Assembly: GCA_964448115.1 (NCBI GenBank)
Contig: CAYUVA010000016.1
Location: 1-64,000, forward strand
Source: an uncultured bacterium
Lineage (GTDB): Bacteria > CAYUVA01
Length of the DNA: 64,000 nt
Direction of reading: 5' to 3'
Shown here: in pieces, positions 40,076 through 49,628 of the stretch
How the letters are laid out: each line of letters begins with the position of its first letter
Position numbering within the stretch: the stretch's first letter is position 1
Position numbers and translations under genes: made by a program
The notes under the pieces: model-generated
What the model saw: only the letters and a program-made list of their open reading frames with translations
The model's database searches: none
What the model was told of the DNA's origin: nothing

Positions 40076-40259
40076 CCTGTTAGCCACGAAGAGGGGCGGG
40101 GTGTGTAATCCCCTAGCACCATCGAATGACCAATTCCTTATTGGCGTGGCTCGGATAGGAGGTGTTCGTGGCTGTATTAACTCTCTATTTGCTTTCATTC
40201 TGATCTAGTTTGTATTGTAAACTTTTTTCGTTAATATTCCTCCTTAGGTTAAAGGAAAT

Positions 40260-41192
40260 ATGAATTCCAAGATACCCAAAACTTGGATAATCGTGCTTCA
40301 GCACAAGCGAAGTGATCTGACAATGAAGTGCATCGATTCCCTGCAACAGCATCTCCCCTACCCTGTTGCCATTCTCATTGTGGATAATGGATCCGCACAA
40401 CAAGAAATAGACGCCATAAAAGCTCTCTCTACTGATGTGGATTACCTGCTATTGCAAAGAAACTACGGGTATGGCGGGGGCAATAATCGCGGTGCATCTA
40501 TGGCTATCAAACAGGGCGCAGAACGCCTGATTTTCCTCAACAACGACACAGAGGTTCTGCCCGGCTGGTACGAGCACCTGATGGAGGCTCTCGACTGCGA
40601 AGATGTCGGCATAGCTGGCTCTGCGATAATAAACCGAGCCACCGGCAGGGTCGAGTTCGACGGCAATGTATTTTCCAGGAATTTATGCTGTGGGGGATAT
40701 TCGGATATTGCTGTGGAGGAACTGCCAGATGAGATCACTGACATCGCCTATGCTTGCGGAGCGGCAATGGCTATCAAGGCTTCTCTATTTGAAAGGCTGG
40801 GCGGCTTCGAGGAGAGTTTCTTTGCATACAATGAGGATATTGACCTTTCCTTGAGGTGTTGGATTGCCGGTCAACGAGTGGTGCTGGCTCCTAGATCAAA
40901 GATGCTACATTTCAGAGGTCAGAGTGCGCTTGAGTTATTTAAAAAAGAGGCTGGAATTGAAAGAATGGGTATGAGAAATGCTCTACTCACCTCGCTTCGT
41001 TGTTATGAACTCAAGACCCTCAAAGATGCATTGCCTTCTGCAATTCGGACTTACCTCTCTCGACATAACTTAAGAAGGGCTTTGCTTGGTGCAATACCTA
41101 AAATACCGTATGCAATTATAGCAAGGAAAAGAATACAAAAAGCCAGGGTAATGAGCGATAAGGAAATATTTTCCAGGGTAAACTATCGATGA
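40260..41192 (+). CDS. Glycosyltransferase family 2
   Basis: IVDNGS, NYGYGGGNN, FLNNDT, CGAAM, GGFEESFFAYNEDIDLSLR. Confidence 0.92.
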   Translation: MNSKIPKTWIIVLQHKRSDLTMKCIDSLQQHLPYPVAILIVDNGSAQQEIDAIKALSTDVDYLLLQRNYGYGGGNNRGASMAIKQGAERLIFLNNDTEVLPGWYEHLMEALDCEDVGIAGSAIINRATGRVEFDGNVFSRNLCCGGYSDIAVEELPDEITDIAYACGAAMAIKASLFERLGGFEESFFAYNEDIDLSLRCWIAGQRVVLAPRSKMLHFRGQSALELFKKEAGIERMGMRNALLTSLRCYELKTLKDALPSAIRTYLSRHNLRRALLGAIPKIPYAIIARKRIQKARVMSDKEIFSRVNYR

Positions 41193-41674
41193 CTCAAAGA
41201 AATACGATTCTGGTCGCTGATCTAAATAAATCAAAAGAACTTGATATTGACAAAGGTTCCTATGGATTATTGATTGAGGTCGATAAAGATCTTGACATCC
41301 AAGTAGGCGCTTTGGGCACAAAGCATTTCCCTGCCGGAACATATCTTTACATCGGAAGCGCCGTAAATAGTATCAATGCCCGTGTTGACAGGCATTTGCG
41401 CAAACATAAGAAACGTTTCTGGCATATCGATTATCTGTTGGAACATGCAAAAATATCAACCATACTATGTTTCCCCCATCAAGGTAAAAAGGAATGTCAG
41501 GTAGCAAGAATGCTTTTTCATATATTAAGGTGCGAAATGTATCCGAGGGGATTTGGTTCGTCGGATTGCGATTGCTATTCGCACTTGTTTAGACTGAAAC
41601 AAATGGACAAATTAAACACTGAACATTTAATTGCCAAGATTAAGGAGGTTGCACGAACATGGAACAATATATAG
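41189..41674 (+). CDS. GIY-YIG (Uri superfamily, DUF123-like) endonuclease
   Basis: KGSYGL, GTYLYIGSA, RVDRH, WHIDYL, EC and GFGSSDC.CYSHL. Confidence 0.85.
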   Translation: MTQRNTILVADLNKSKELDIDKGSYGLLIEVDKDLDIQVGALGTKHFPAGTYLYIGSAVNSINARVDRHLRKHKKRFWHIDYLLEHAKISTILCFPHQGKKECQVARMLFHILRCEMYPRGFGSSDCDCYSHLFRLKQMDKLNTEHLIAKIKEVARTWNNI

Positions 41675-41976
41675 TGGTATTGGTAACTATAGGCTCCCAG
41701 GAGGATGCGGAACTATTAGCCAAGAAAATAGTCGATAACAGGCTGGCTGCCTGTGTGAACATCAGCACCGGATTAAGATCAATTTATCTGTGGGATGGTG
41801 CTATTCAGGACCAAGTGGAGGTGTTGATGATCATCAAGACCACTAGCTCCAGGTTTGATGAGTTGAAGGATTTTATCATCCATGAGCACCCCTATGATGT
41901 ACCGGAAGTGATATCAATAGACATCTCAGAAGGACATACTGATTACCTGGAATGGATAAAAAGCTCAGTCAAATAG
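41659..41976 (+). CDS. cutA: Divalent-cation tolerance protein CutA
   Basis: RLAACVNI, SIYLWDG, IKT, HPYDVPEVI and YLEWI. Confidence 0.93.
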   Translation: MEQYIVVLVTIGSQEDAELLAKKIVDNRLAACVNISTGLRSIYLWDGAIQDQVEVLMIIKTTSSRFDELKDFIIHEHPYDVPEVISIDISEGHTDYLEWIKSSVK

Positions 41977-42319
41977 ATTTGAGAGTTGGTTAACCCCGAT
42001 AGAGTAGGGATACAAAGACACCAAGGGGAAGTGATGCCATCTTGACGCTATCGAGGACTAACTGTGAAACATCAGCTTTAAGTAAGTCCTTATTTATACT
42101 GTTAATATCTTAGTAAAAAAATCAGAATCCATCATCGAGTTGGTACGAGGATCATCTTGAATTATAAGTCTCTTTCCTCAGAAGTTCCCCTAGCATTTCC
42201 ATTTAATACCAGATGTTGATATATTACTAGGTATATGAACAAAAACCATGTTTTTATGATACAAGAAATATAAAGCAGGAACATGTAAACATGCTCTTTC
42301 GTTAACCAAGGGAGGGATC

Positions 42320-44092
42320 ATGAGATTCGATATTGATACTGTAAGACATTCCCTATCCCACATAATGGCGGATGCCTTTAAAAGCATCTGTCCTGACTGC
42401 AAACTCGGCATCGGTCCCGCCACCGATGAAGGATTCTACTACGACTTCTACATCCCAGAGGGCTATCCCTTCTCAGCAGAGGTGCTTGAAAAGGTAACCG
42501 ACAAGATGAAGCAACTACTTAAGTGTGATATCCGCTTCGAGCACAATGAAATAAGCATCGCAGAAGCCAAAAAGCTCTTTGCTGATGAACCATTCAAGCT
42601 AGAGTTGATCGAGGATCTTGAGGCATCTGGTGAAGAAAAGGTCAGCACATATCGAAGTGGGGATTTTATCGATCTCTGCGCTGGACCTCATGTTGATTCA
42701 ACAGCGGATCTTCGTAATATCGCCTGGCGATTGGATCGCATTGCTGGAGCCTACTGGCGGGGGAATGAGAAAAGACCGATGTTGCAACGAATCTATGCCC
42801 TCGCCTTCGAGACCAAAGATGATCTGAAGGACTATATCAGAAGACGCGAGGAGGCTGCTAAAAGAGACCACCGCAAGATCGGGGCTGAAATGGAGCTTTT
42901 CACCAGCTCTCCATTGGTGGGCAGAGGACTACCCCTGCTTCTCCCCAAGGGTGCGACCATAAGGCGGATCCTGGAGCGCTTCATCGTCGATGAGGAGATA
43001 GCAAGGGGATACCAGCATGTCTATACTCCTTCGCTGGGAAGAAAGGATCTCTATGTCCAGAGCGGTCACTGGGAGCACTACAAGGAGAACATGTACCCGA
43101 TCATGGATATCGATGGGGTTGAATATGTGCTTCCCCCCATGACCTGTCCGCATCACTTCATGATATATAACTCAAAACCACGCTCCTACCGGGATCTCCC
43201 CATGCGTTTGGCTGAGATCTCTGCGCAATACCGCAAGGAACAATCCGGCGAGCTTAGCGGATTGCTCAGGGTGATGTGCTTCCATCTGGCTGATGCGCAT
43301 ATACTGTGCCGCCAGGATCAGCTTGTGGAAGAATTCCGCGAGGTAGTGAATCTTATCGAGTATGTAATGCGCTGCATTGGCATCACCGATGCCATCTCGT
43401 ATCGAGCATCGCTCAGAGACCAGGATAAGGATAAGTACTACGATGATGATAAGATGTGGGAGCAGGGAGAGTCGATGCTTCTTGAGATACTCGATGAGTT
43501 CGGGGTCGAGTATGTCATCGCTAAGGGAGAAGCAGCCTTCTATGGACCTAAGCTCGATGTGCAGATGCATAATGTCATGGGTAAGGAGGAGACGATAATA
43601 ACCGTGCAGATCGACTTTTGCCTGCCGGAGCGCTTCGATCTCACCTATACGGATAGCGGTGGCGATGAACGAAGACCGATCGCTATACACCGAAGCTCCA
43701 TCGGAAGCATAGAGCGCACCATTGCATTCCTGATAGAGCACCACGAGGGTGCATTCCCCCTTTGGCTCGCCCCGGTGCAAATTAGACTACTTACCATTAC
43801 TGATGATCATGTACCGTATGCCAGGCAGGCAATGCATCGGATGCAGAGAGCTGGCATTCGAGTAGAGCTTGATGATCGCAATGAAAAGATAGGAAAAAAG
43901 CTGCGTGAAGCAAGGCTACAACGAATACCTTACATTGGCATAATCGGATCAAAGGAGGTCGAGAGCGAGACAATAATGATCCGCAATCGTAACAGCGGCA
44001 ATCAGGCTGCCATCGCCGTTCAGGAAATAATTGAGGCGATCATAAAGGAGAACTCCGAACATTCACTGGATCTATCTCTTGCCAACCAGTAA
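42320..44092 (+). CDS. thrS: Threonine--tRNA ligase (short form lacking the TGS domain)
   Basis: RHSLSHIMA, GFYYDF, DLCAGPHV, GAYWRG, RDHRKIG, PMTCPHH, GEAAFYGPKLD and FPLWLAPVQ. Confidence 0.96.
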   Translation: MRFDIDTVRHSLSHIMADAFKSICPDCKLGIGPATDEGFYYDFYIPEGYPFSAEVLEKVTDKMKQLLKCDIRFEHNEISIAEAKKLFADEPFKLELIEDLEASGEEKVSTYRSGDFIDLCAGPHVDSTADLRNIAWRLDRIAGAYWRGNEKRPMLQRIYALAFETKDDLKDYIRRREEAAKRDHRKIGAEMELFTSSPLVGRGLPLLLPKGATIRRILERFIVDEEIARGYQHVYTPSLGRKDLYVQSGHWEHYKENMYPIMDIDGVEYVLPPMTCPHHFMIYNSKPRSYRDLPMRLAEISAQYRKEQSGELSGLLRVMCFHLADAHILCRQDQLVEEFREVVNLIEYVMRCIGITDAISYRASLRDQDKDKYYDDDKMWEQGESMLLEILDEFGVEYVIAKGEAAFYGPKLDVQMHNVMGKEETIITVQIDFCLPERFDLTYTDSGGDERRPIAIHRSSIGSIERTIAFLIEHHEGAFPLWLAPVQIRLLTITDDHVPYARQAMHRMQRAGIRVELDDRNEKIGKKLREARLQRIPYIGIIGSKEVESETIMIRNRNSGNQAAIAVQEIIEAIIKENSEHSLDLSLANQ

Positions 44093-44560
44093 CACCACGG
44101 CTATAGCGGCTATGCCCTCACCTCTGCCGATGAACCCCATGCCCTCGGTGGTAGTTGCCTTAATGTTTATCTGAGAGGTCTCTAATCCCAATGTCGCAGC
44201 CAGCTTCCGTTTCATGGCAGGAACATGCTGATTCAATGGTGGCTCTTGAGCCATAATAGTCGAGTCGATATTAACTATGGAGAACTGAGCCTTTTCGATC
44301 ATCTGATTGGTCTCGGATAGTAACTTGAGGCTTGAGATATTCCTGTAGGTTTTGTCGCTCGGTGGGAAGATCACCCCGATATCCCCAACTCCGAGGGCGC
44401 CTAGAATTGCATCCATGATCGCATGAGTAAGCACATCCGCATCCGAGTGCCCAAGCAATCCTGCCTCATACTCGATCTCAACACCGCCCAAGAACAGCTT
44501 TCTTCCCTTCTGCAAGCGGTGTGCATCGTACCCGGTACCGATCCTGTACAGGTTATCCAT
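44072..44560 (-). CDS. ispF: 2-C-methyl-D-erythritol 2,4-cyclodiphosphate synthase
   Basis: RIGTGYDAH, GHSDADVLTHAIMDAILGA, GDIG and KATTTEGMGF.GRGEG. Confidence 0.96.
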   Translation of the reverse strand: MDNLYRIGTGYDAHRLQKGRKLFLGGVEIEYEAGLLGHSDADVLTHAIMDAILGALGVGDIGVIFPPSDKTYRNISSLKLLSETNQMIEKAQFSIVNIDSTIMAQEPPLNQHVPAMKRKLAATLGLETSQINIKATTTEGMGFIGRGEGIAAIAVVLLVGKR

Positions 44561-44636
44561 TCTGTAGCGCTCCTTTGAGGTTAAGATTATTCGATTTGGA
44601 CGCGTTTTTCCATAAAATATCTGGGTGAATTTCCTT

Positions 44637-44665
44637 TTGACAAGAACAATTGTCTTTAGTATGAT
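44637..44665 (+). promoter_or_regulatory. Sigma70 promoter of the XPB helicase operon
   Basis: TTGACA (44637-44642), 17-nt spacer, TATGAT (44660-44665). Confidence 0.7.
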
Positions 44666-44701
44666 CTCAATGTTTAACTAATTGACGAGGACTGACTTTT
44701 A

Positions 44702-46408
44702 TTGATCTTGGGAAAAGTAAAGCGAGATCTTCCACTGGTAGTCCAGAGCGACAATACCATCCTCGTCGAGGTTGACAATCCCCACTACGAGGGAGCCAGG
44801 GATGGCTTAAACCGCTTTGCTGAGCTAGTCAAAAGCCCGGAACACATACATACCTATCGCCTAACCCCCCTTTCATTGTGGAATGCAGCCTCGGCTGGTA
44901 TGACCGAAAAGCAGATCCTGGACTTCCTGGAGGAATATAATAAGTATGAGCTGCCCCCTATTATAAAGACCTTCATTGCAGACCATGTCCACCGCTATGG
45001 CAGGGTCAAGCTGGTAAAGTCAGATAACGGTGCGCTCCATCTGGTGGTCGATGATCCTGCCATCCTAATCGAGATGCTGCAAAGCGAGAAGGTTACACCT
45101 TATATTCGCAACCGCATCTCCGATCGCGAGATCGAGGTTGACCCCCATTTCAGAGGCTATCTTAAACAAGCCCTCATCAAGATAGGATACCCGGTCGAGG
45201 ATCTGGCAGGTTACACCAAGGGCGCACCATTAAAGATATCGCTCCGCAAAATGACACTTAGCGGTAAGCCATTCAACCTGAGGCATTACCAGAGAGATGC
45301 GGTTGCAGCATTCTATGCAGGTGGCTCGATAAAAGGGGGCAGTGGAGTGATCGTGCTTCCCTGCGGAGCGGGTAAGACCATGGTTGGGCTTGGTGTAATG
45401 GAAAAACTTCAAGCGCAGACCTTGATTCTAGCAACAACCACCGTGGCGGTTCGTCAATGGATCGAGGAGCTGCTCGATAAAACCACGCTAACCAAGCAAG
45501 ATATCGGTGAATATACCGGGGACAAAAAGCAAATCAAGCCTGTTACCATCAGCTCTTACCATATCCTGACTCACCGCAAGCGCAAGGAGCAAGGCTTTAA
45601 GCACTTCGAGATCTTCAATACCCGCGACTGGGGATTGATCATCTACGATGAGGTTCATATCGTGCCTGCACCCATATTCCGGATAACCGCGGAGATACAG
45701 ACCAGAAGAAGGCTAGGGCTCACCGCCACTTTAATCCGCGAGGATGGCAGGGAAGACGAGGTGTTCAGCTTAATAGGTCCCAAGCACTACGATGTTCCCT
45801 GGAAGGTGCTGGAGAGCCAGGGCTGGATAGCAAATGCCATCTGCCATGAAATAAGGATCTCGATGCCCACGGATACCCGTCTTGATTATGTTGCAGCCAG
45901 GAAGAAATCGAAGTTCCGCATCGCCAGCGAGAATATTAGAAAACTAACCTACATGCAGCACATAATCGAGAGACATCGTGGTGATAGAGTCCTGATCATC
46001 GGACAGTACATAGCTCAGCTCAAGGAGACAGCAAAGCTGCTCAAAGCGCCACTTATCACCGGAGCTACTCCAAATGCACGAAGAGAACAGCTTTATAATA
46101 GATTCAGACGCGGAGAGATAAGGCTACTAGTGGTCTCCAAGGTGGCAAACTTCGCCATCGACCTGCCGGATGCCAATGTTGCCATACAAATATCCGGCAC
46201 CTTTGGCTCCAGGCAGGAGGAGGCTCAACGGCTGGGGCGAGTGCTAAGACCGAAGTCGGATGCATCACCCGCCTATTTCTACACCCTGGTATCGAAGGAC
46301 ACTACCGAACAGCAGTTTGCGATGAAAAGACAGCTCTTTCTTACCGAACAGGGATACAAGTACCTGATAATGGATGAGAATCAATTCATGGAATGTCAAA
46401 AACAATAG
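44702..46408 (+). CDS. XPB/Ssl2-type DNA repair helicase
   Basis: PLVVQSD, FAELVKSPEHIHTYRLTPLSLWNA, LPCGAGKT, DEVH, LGLTATLIREDG, SKVANFAIDLP and QRLGRVLRPK. Confidence 0.94.
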   Translation: MILGKVKRDLPLVVQSDNTILVEVDNPHYEGARDGLNRFAELVKSPEHIHTYRLTPLSLWNAASAGMTEKQILDFLEEYNKYELPPIIKTFIADHVHRYGRVKLVKSDNGALHLVVDDPAILIEMLQSEKVTPYIRNRISDREIEVDPHFRGYLKQALIKIGYPVEDLAGYTKGAPLKISLRKMTLSGKPFNLRHYQRDAVAAFYAGGSIKGGSGVIVLPCGAGKTMVGLGVMEKLQAQTLILATTTVAVRQWIEELLDKTTLTKQDIGEYTGDKKQIKPVTISSYHILTHRKRKEQGFKHFEIFNTRDWGLIIYDEVHIVPAPIFRITAEIQTRRRLGLTATLIREDGREDEVFSLIGPKHYDVPWKVLESQGWIANAICHEIRISMPTDTRLDYVAARKKSKFRIASENIRKLTYMQHIIERHRGDRVLIIGQYIAQLKETAKLLKAPLITGATPNARREQLYNRFRRGEIRLLVVSKVANFAIDLPDANVAIQISGTFGSRQEEAQRLGRVLRPKSDASPAYFYTLVSKDTTEQQFAMKRQLFLTEQGYKYLIMDENQFMECQKQ

Positions 46409-46414
46409 AATGCT

Positions 46415-48715
46415 ATGATTGAATATTTTCATAAATTAAACAGACAACAGCTCATCAAGATCGCAGCCAACTGGGGGATCGAGGATGTCGATGCCTCGGA
46501 TAACGATGAAAAAATAATCAGGAGGCTACAATGCATCCTAAAGGATCCAAAGGCTTTTAATTATATCCTGACAAGGTTGCCGGAAAGCTATCAAGATACG
46601 ATCGCTTATATAATCGGCAACGGGAACCAGGTACTATACGAGGAGCTACTCTGGAATCACTTCAAGGGAGACGAGGGGAGCTTTAGCGAGTTCGAGGAGG
46701 CAAATCAAAGGTTTTCACTAGCTTTTCGCCAGGAGTTGCAAAGCAGAAACGATGTTTATCCCTATTACCTTGTCCCCAAGGAGGTAGCAAGACATATCAA
46801 GCTCCCGGAAAAGTATATGAACCTGCTCGGTTTTTTTCTCCAGATAGCTCCCTTGAGCATCCTCAGAAATATCATATCCCACATCCCGGGCGCCGAGTTC
46901 ACTACTAACAACAAGTTGCTACTAGCAAAGCAAATCAAGTCATACCTGCTCAATCCAACCACGCTTCGTGAATTCATATTGCAACTTCCGGCCACTGAAA
47001 GAATGGTGGTGGAGATCCTGGTCAAGCATGATGGCACAATCAAGGTCGAACAGGTGCATACCCTGTGTACTCAACAGGGAATTGCAAAAGGGCACTGCGA
47101 ATCAGCTATTCAGCAGCTAGCTTATGTAAAAAGTATCCTTTTCATCGCTGAAAGCGCTTCTAAAGGCTCCCATAGTCAAAAATATCTTGTTCTTCCAAAA
47201 GATATAATGAGTATTATCAAGGAAGGCTTTGCGGAAAAAAACTCTCTTAACATGCCGATCAAGATACCGTTGGATGAGGTTGAGCTTAAGGAATATCAAG
47301 CTTGGGATAAATTCGAGATCCTGCAGGATCTCATGACGCTTATTGGACTGGTAAATGCCCAGGAACCAGCGCCACTCAAGGTCGGTGGCTTGAACAAGAC
47401 TTTTCTGAAGCAGGTCAAACCGCTGCTCAGGGTTTCTGATGATCAACATTACATCTCTTTTCTGGAGATCTTCGCTGTGGATGGAGGATTTATGAAGATC
47501 CAAGGGGGAAGGTTTCGGGTCGAGAGCTCCAAGCTGGCTCTGTTCGAGGATAAAGTAACTTTATATCAGCTTATGTTCCAGAAGTGGCTAACAAGTTACA
47601 ACTGGAACGAGATCTACGCCAATCCTGACATACGAAACATCACTAACCGTAACCTGACCCAACACACGGTGATGGAGATAAGAAGCATAATCCTCGACCT
47701 TATTTCAAAGCTATCCAAGGACTTTTACTACATCTACAATGCCTGGATCAGCAAGTACATATATCCAGTTAAGCGTTTGGAGGATCTGATGCAGGATGCC
47801 ACCATCCTCCCCCAGGCGCGTAGCAATCCCAAGGTCTCACTGAGCAGGGTACTTACTAACCTCTTCGAGGGCGTACTGGTCTGGATGGGGGTCATCGGTA
47901 AGGGCATTACACAACGAAATGTCTCCGTATTCGCATTGACCGAGCTGGGGGACGCTATAATCAGCGATGACTTTAAGGCTGCGGTTGAAAAACTTCCTCA
48001 ACATGGCTTTGTTGATACCTTCACTCCCCAGCCCAATATGGAGATCATGGCTCCCTTGGAGATCGAGCCGAAGATATTTTTTATGCTTTGTAAGATCGCT
48101 GAGCTAAAGTCTGCCAGTGAGGTCTTCATCTTCGAGCTAAATCGCCATACGCTGATGAATGCTCTCAAAAGCGGAATCAATGGTGAGAGAATACTTGATT
48201 TTCTTCATAAGCATAGCACGATACCGCTTCCTGAAAATACCGAGGTTCTGGTTAAAGAGGTAGCAGGAAGATATGGCGAGATCAGCATTATCCCTACTGC
48301 CTCCATCATCAAGGCTAGTGATCCGATGATAATAGAGGAGATAATGGTGCAAGGTGAGTTTGCCAAGAAAATAAAAATGCGTCTTGGAGAAGACATTGCT
48401 CTGCTGAAAGGAAATCAGGACTTCGAGGAGTTAATTCACAGCCTGGAAGAGGCAGGCTATCATCCCAGATTGGTTGATGATCATCACTCGAAAAGAAGTA
48501 AGACTAACCAAGTAAATCTGACCGATGAGGAGACAAAAGAGATAATCAAGTCCTTGGAGATTCTTAAATATATCTCCAAGGAGCTTAAGATAGATGCCCA
48601 TGCAAAGGAGATCGATGGGTTGATGAACAAGCTGAATAAGAGCCTCATCTACGAGATAAACGACGAGATCGCAACCATCACTAACCTGCTTAAGGTCTTT
48701 CTGTTTAAGGAGTAG
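46415..48715 (+). CDS. Helicase-associated (Helicase_C_3-type) domain protein, XPB partner
   Basis: C-terminal QPNMEIMAP..FELNRHTLMNALKSG..ILDFLHKHS..PLPEN..RYG resembles the XPB N-terminal domain; 6 nt downstream of XPB. Confidence 0.75.
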   Translation: MIEYFHKLNRQQLIKIAANWGIEDVDASDNDEKIIRRLQCILKDPKAFNYILTRLPESYQDTIAYIIGNGNQVLYEELLWNHFKGDEGSFSEFEEANQRFSLAFRQELQSRNDVYPYYLVPKEVARHIKLPEKYMNLLGFFLQIAPLSILRNIISHIPGAEFTTNNKLLLAKQIKSYLLNPTTLREFILQLPATERMVVEILVKHDGTIKVEQVHTLCTQQGIAKGHCESAIQQLAYVKSILFIAESASKGSHSQKYLVLPKDIMSIIKEGFAEKNSLNMPIKIPLDEVELKEYQAWDKFEILQDLMTLIGLVNAQEPAPLKVGGLNKTFLKQVKPLLRVSDDQHYISFLEIFAVDGGFMKIQGGRFRVESSKLALFEDKVTLYQLMFQKWLTSYNWNEIYANPDIRNITNRNLTQHTVMEIRSIILDLISKLSKDFYYIYNAWISKYIYPVKRLEDLMQDATILPQARSNPKVSLSRVLTNLFEGVLVWMGVIGKGITQRNVSVFALTELGDAIISDDFKAAVEKLPQHGFVDTFTPQPNMEIMAPLEIEPKIFFMLCKIAELKSASEVFIFELNRHTLMNALKSGINGERILDFLHKHSTIPLPENTEVLVKEVAGRYGEISIIPTASIIKASDPMIIEEIMVQGEFAKKIKMRLGEDIALLKGNQDFEELIHSLEEAGYHPRLVDDHHSKRSKTNQVNLTDEETKEIIKSLEILKYISKELKIDAHAKEIDGLMNKLNKSLIYEINDEIATITNLLKVFLFKE

Positions 48716-49613
48716 CTGTTACTATCACAGGTCCGCTTAAGGCATGTAGGTTCATCTCAAAATCATCAACTGTAATAAAGTAACTGCCCGGTCGTGTGAT
48801 CTTATTGTCCTTTAAGGTGATCGAACCTTTGGAATCTGTGTCGAATTTAATGGAATGCAAGGTGAGCATTTTTATCTGATCCCAAACCTTCTGGCCGGTA
48901 TTTGAATCAAGAATGCTTATATCAACGGTTTGGCTGTATTCTTCTGCAATATTGTTGAATCTATCTAAGGCTCGAATGGTTATATTAAAAGGCTCACCAA
49001 CCAAAAGCTTCAAAGGTGTACCTATCTCCAGCCTGTGAATTTGGGTTGGCTTGACGATCACGGTAAGATCGCCCTTTACCCTCTTATACTGTCCATCACC
49101 GTTGGCATCAGTCAACAGTATGAATTCATAAACGCCTGCTGAGGTCGGTATTGGAAAGTAACTCGTGTCATAAATATCGGCACCAAGGTATATATAGAGT
49201 TTCTCACCTTCCATCAGCTCGCGATCCTGTAATATGAAGCAAGCTGCTGTATAATCGGCATTATCGTAAACCCTGAAGAAATAAGGCTCAAACCTCGCCT
49301 TTTCCTCTACCTCGATCTCAGTCAAGCCAGGCTTCTTTACGGTCTCAAACAAGAAGGGATACTGGAGGTCTAGCTTGTTATAGTATTCATCGCTGAGCCT
49401 AACAATGATCCTCCCGCCGCGTTTAATTCCCCCCTCTCCAACGGTGTAGTCTATCCTCCAGAATCCCTGCTCCCCGGCAGTTATCTCCTTTTCCCCCCAA
49501 AGCTTTACGCTTCCGGAGCCGTCCCGTGGATTGTCCTGTTTGCTGTTGCAGGCTAGTATAAATAATGAAAGTATGAAAAATAATATTTCCAATTTATAAA
49601 TTATATTTATCAT
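48705..49613 (-). CDS. Hypothetical lipoprotein
   Basis: Signal peptide with lipobox LFILA-C; beta-rich body. Function not recognised. Confidence 0.65.
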   Translation of the reverse strand: MINIIYKLEILFFILSLFILACNSKQDNPRDGSGSVKLWGEKEITAGEQGFWRIDYTVGEGGIKRGGRIIVRLSDEYYNKLDLQYPFLFETVKKPGLTEIEVEEKARFEPYFFRVYDNADYTAACFILQDRELMEGEKLYIYLGADIYDTSYFPIPTSAGVYEFILLTDANGDGQYKRVKGDLTVIVKPTQIHRLEIGTPLKLLVGEPFNITIRALDRFNNIAEEYSQTVDISILDSNTGQKVWDQIKMLTLHSIKFDTDSKGSITLKDNKITRPGSYFITVDDFEMNLHALSGPVIVTATP

Positions 49614-49628
49614 TTTATAAAAAGTAAG

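Noticed and set aside
40088-40130. Group II intron 3' end (domain VI-like)
   Set aside because: No domain V motif or reverse transcriptase ORF lies nearby, and the similarity is too weak.
41977-42319. T-box riboswitch upstream of thrS
   Set aside because: No GGTGGNACCGCG T-box motif or terminator/antiterminator pair was found.
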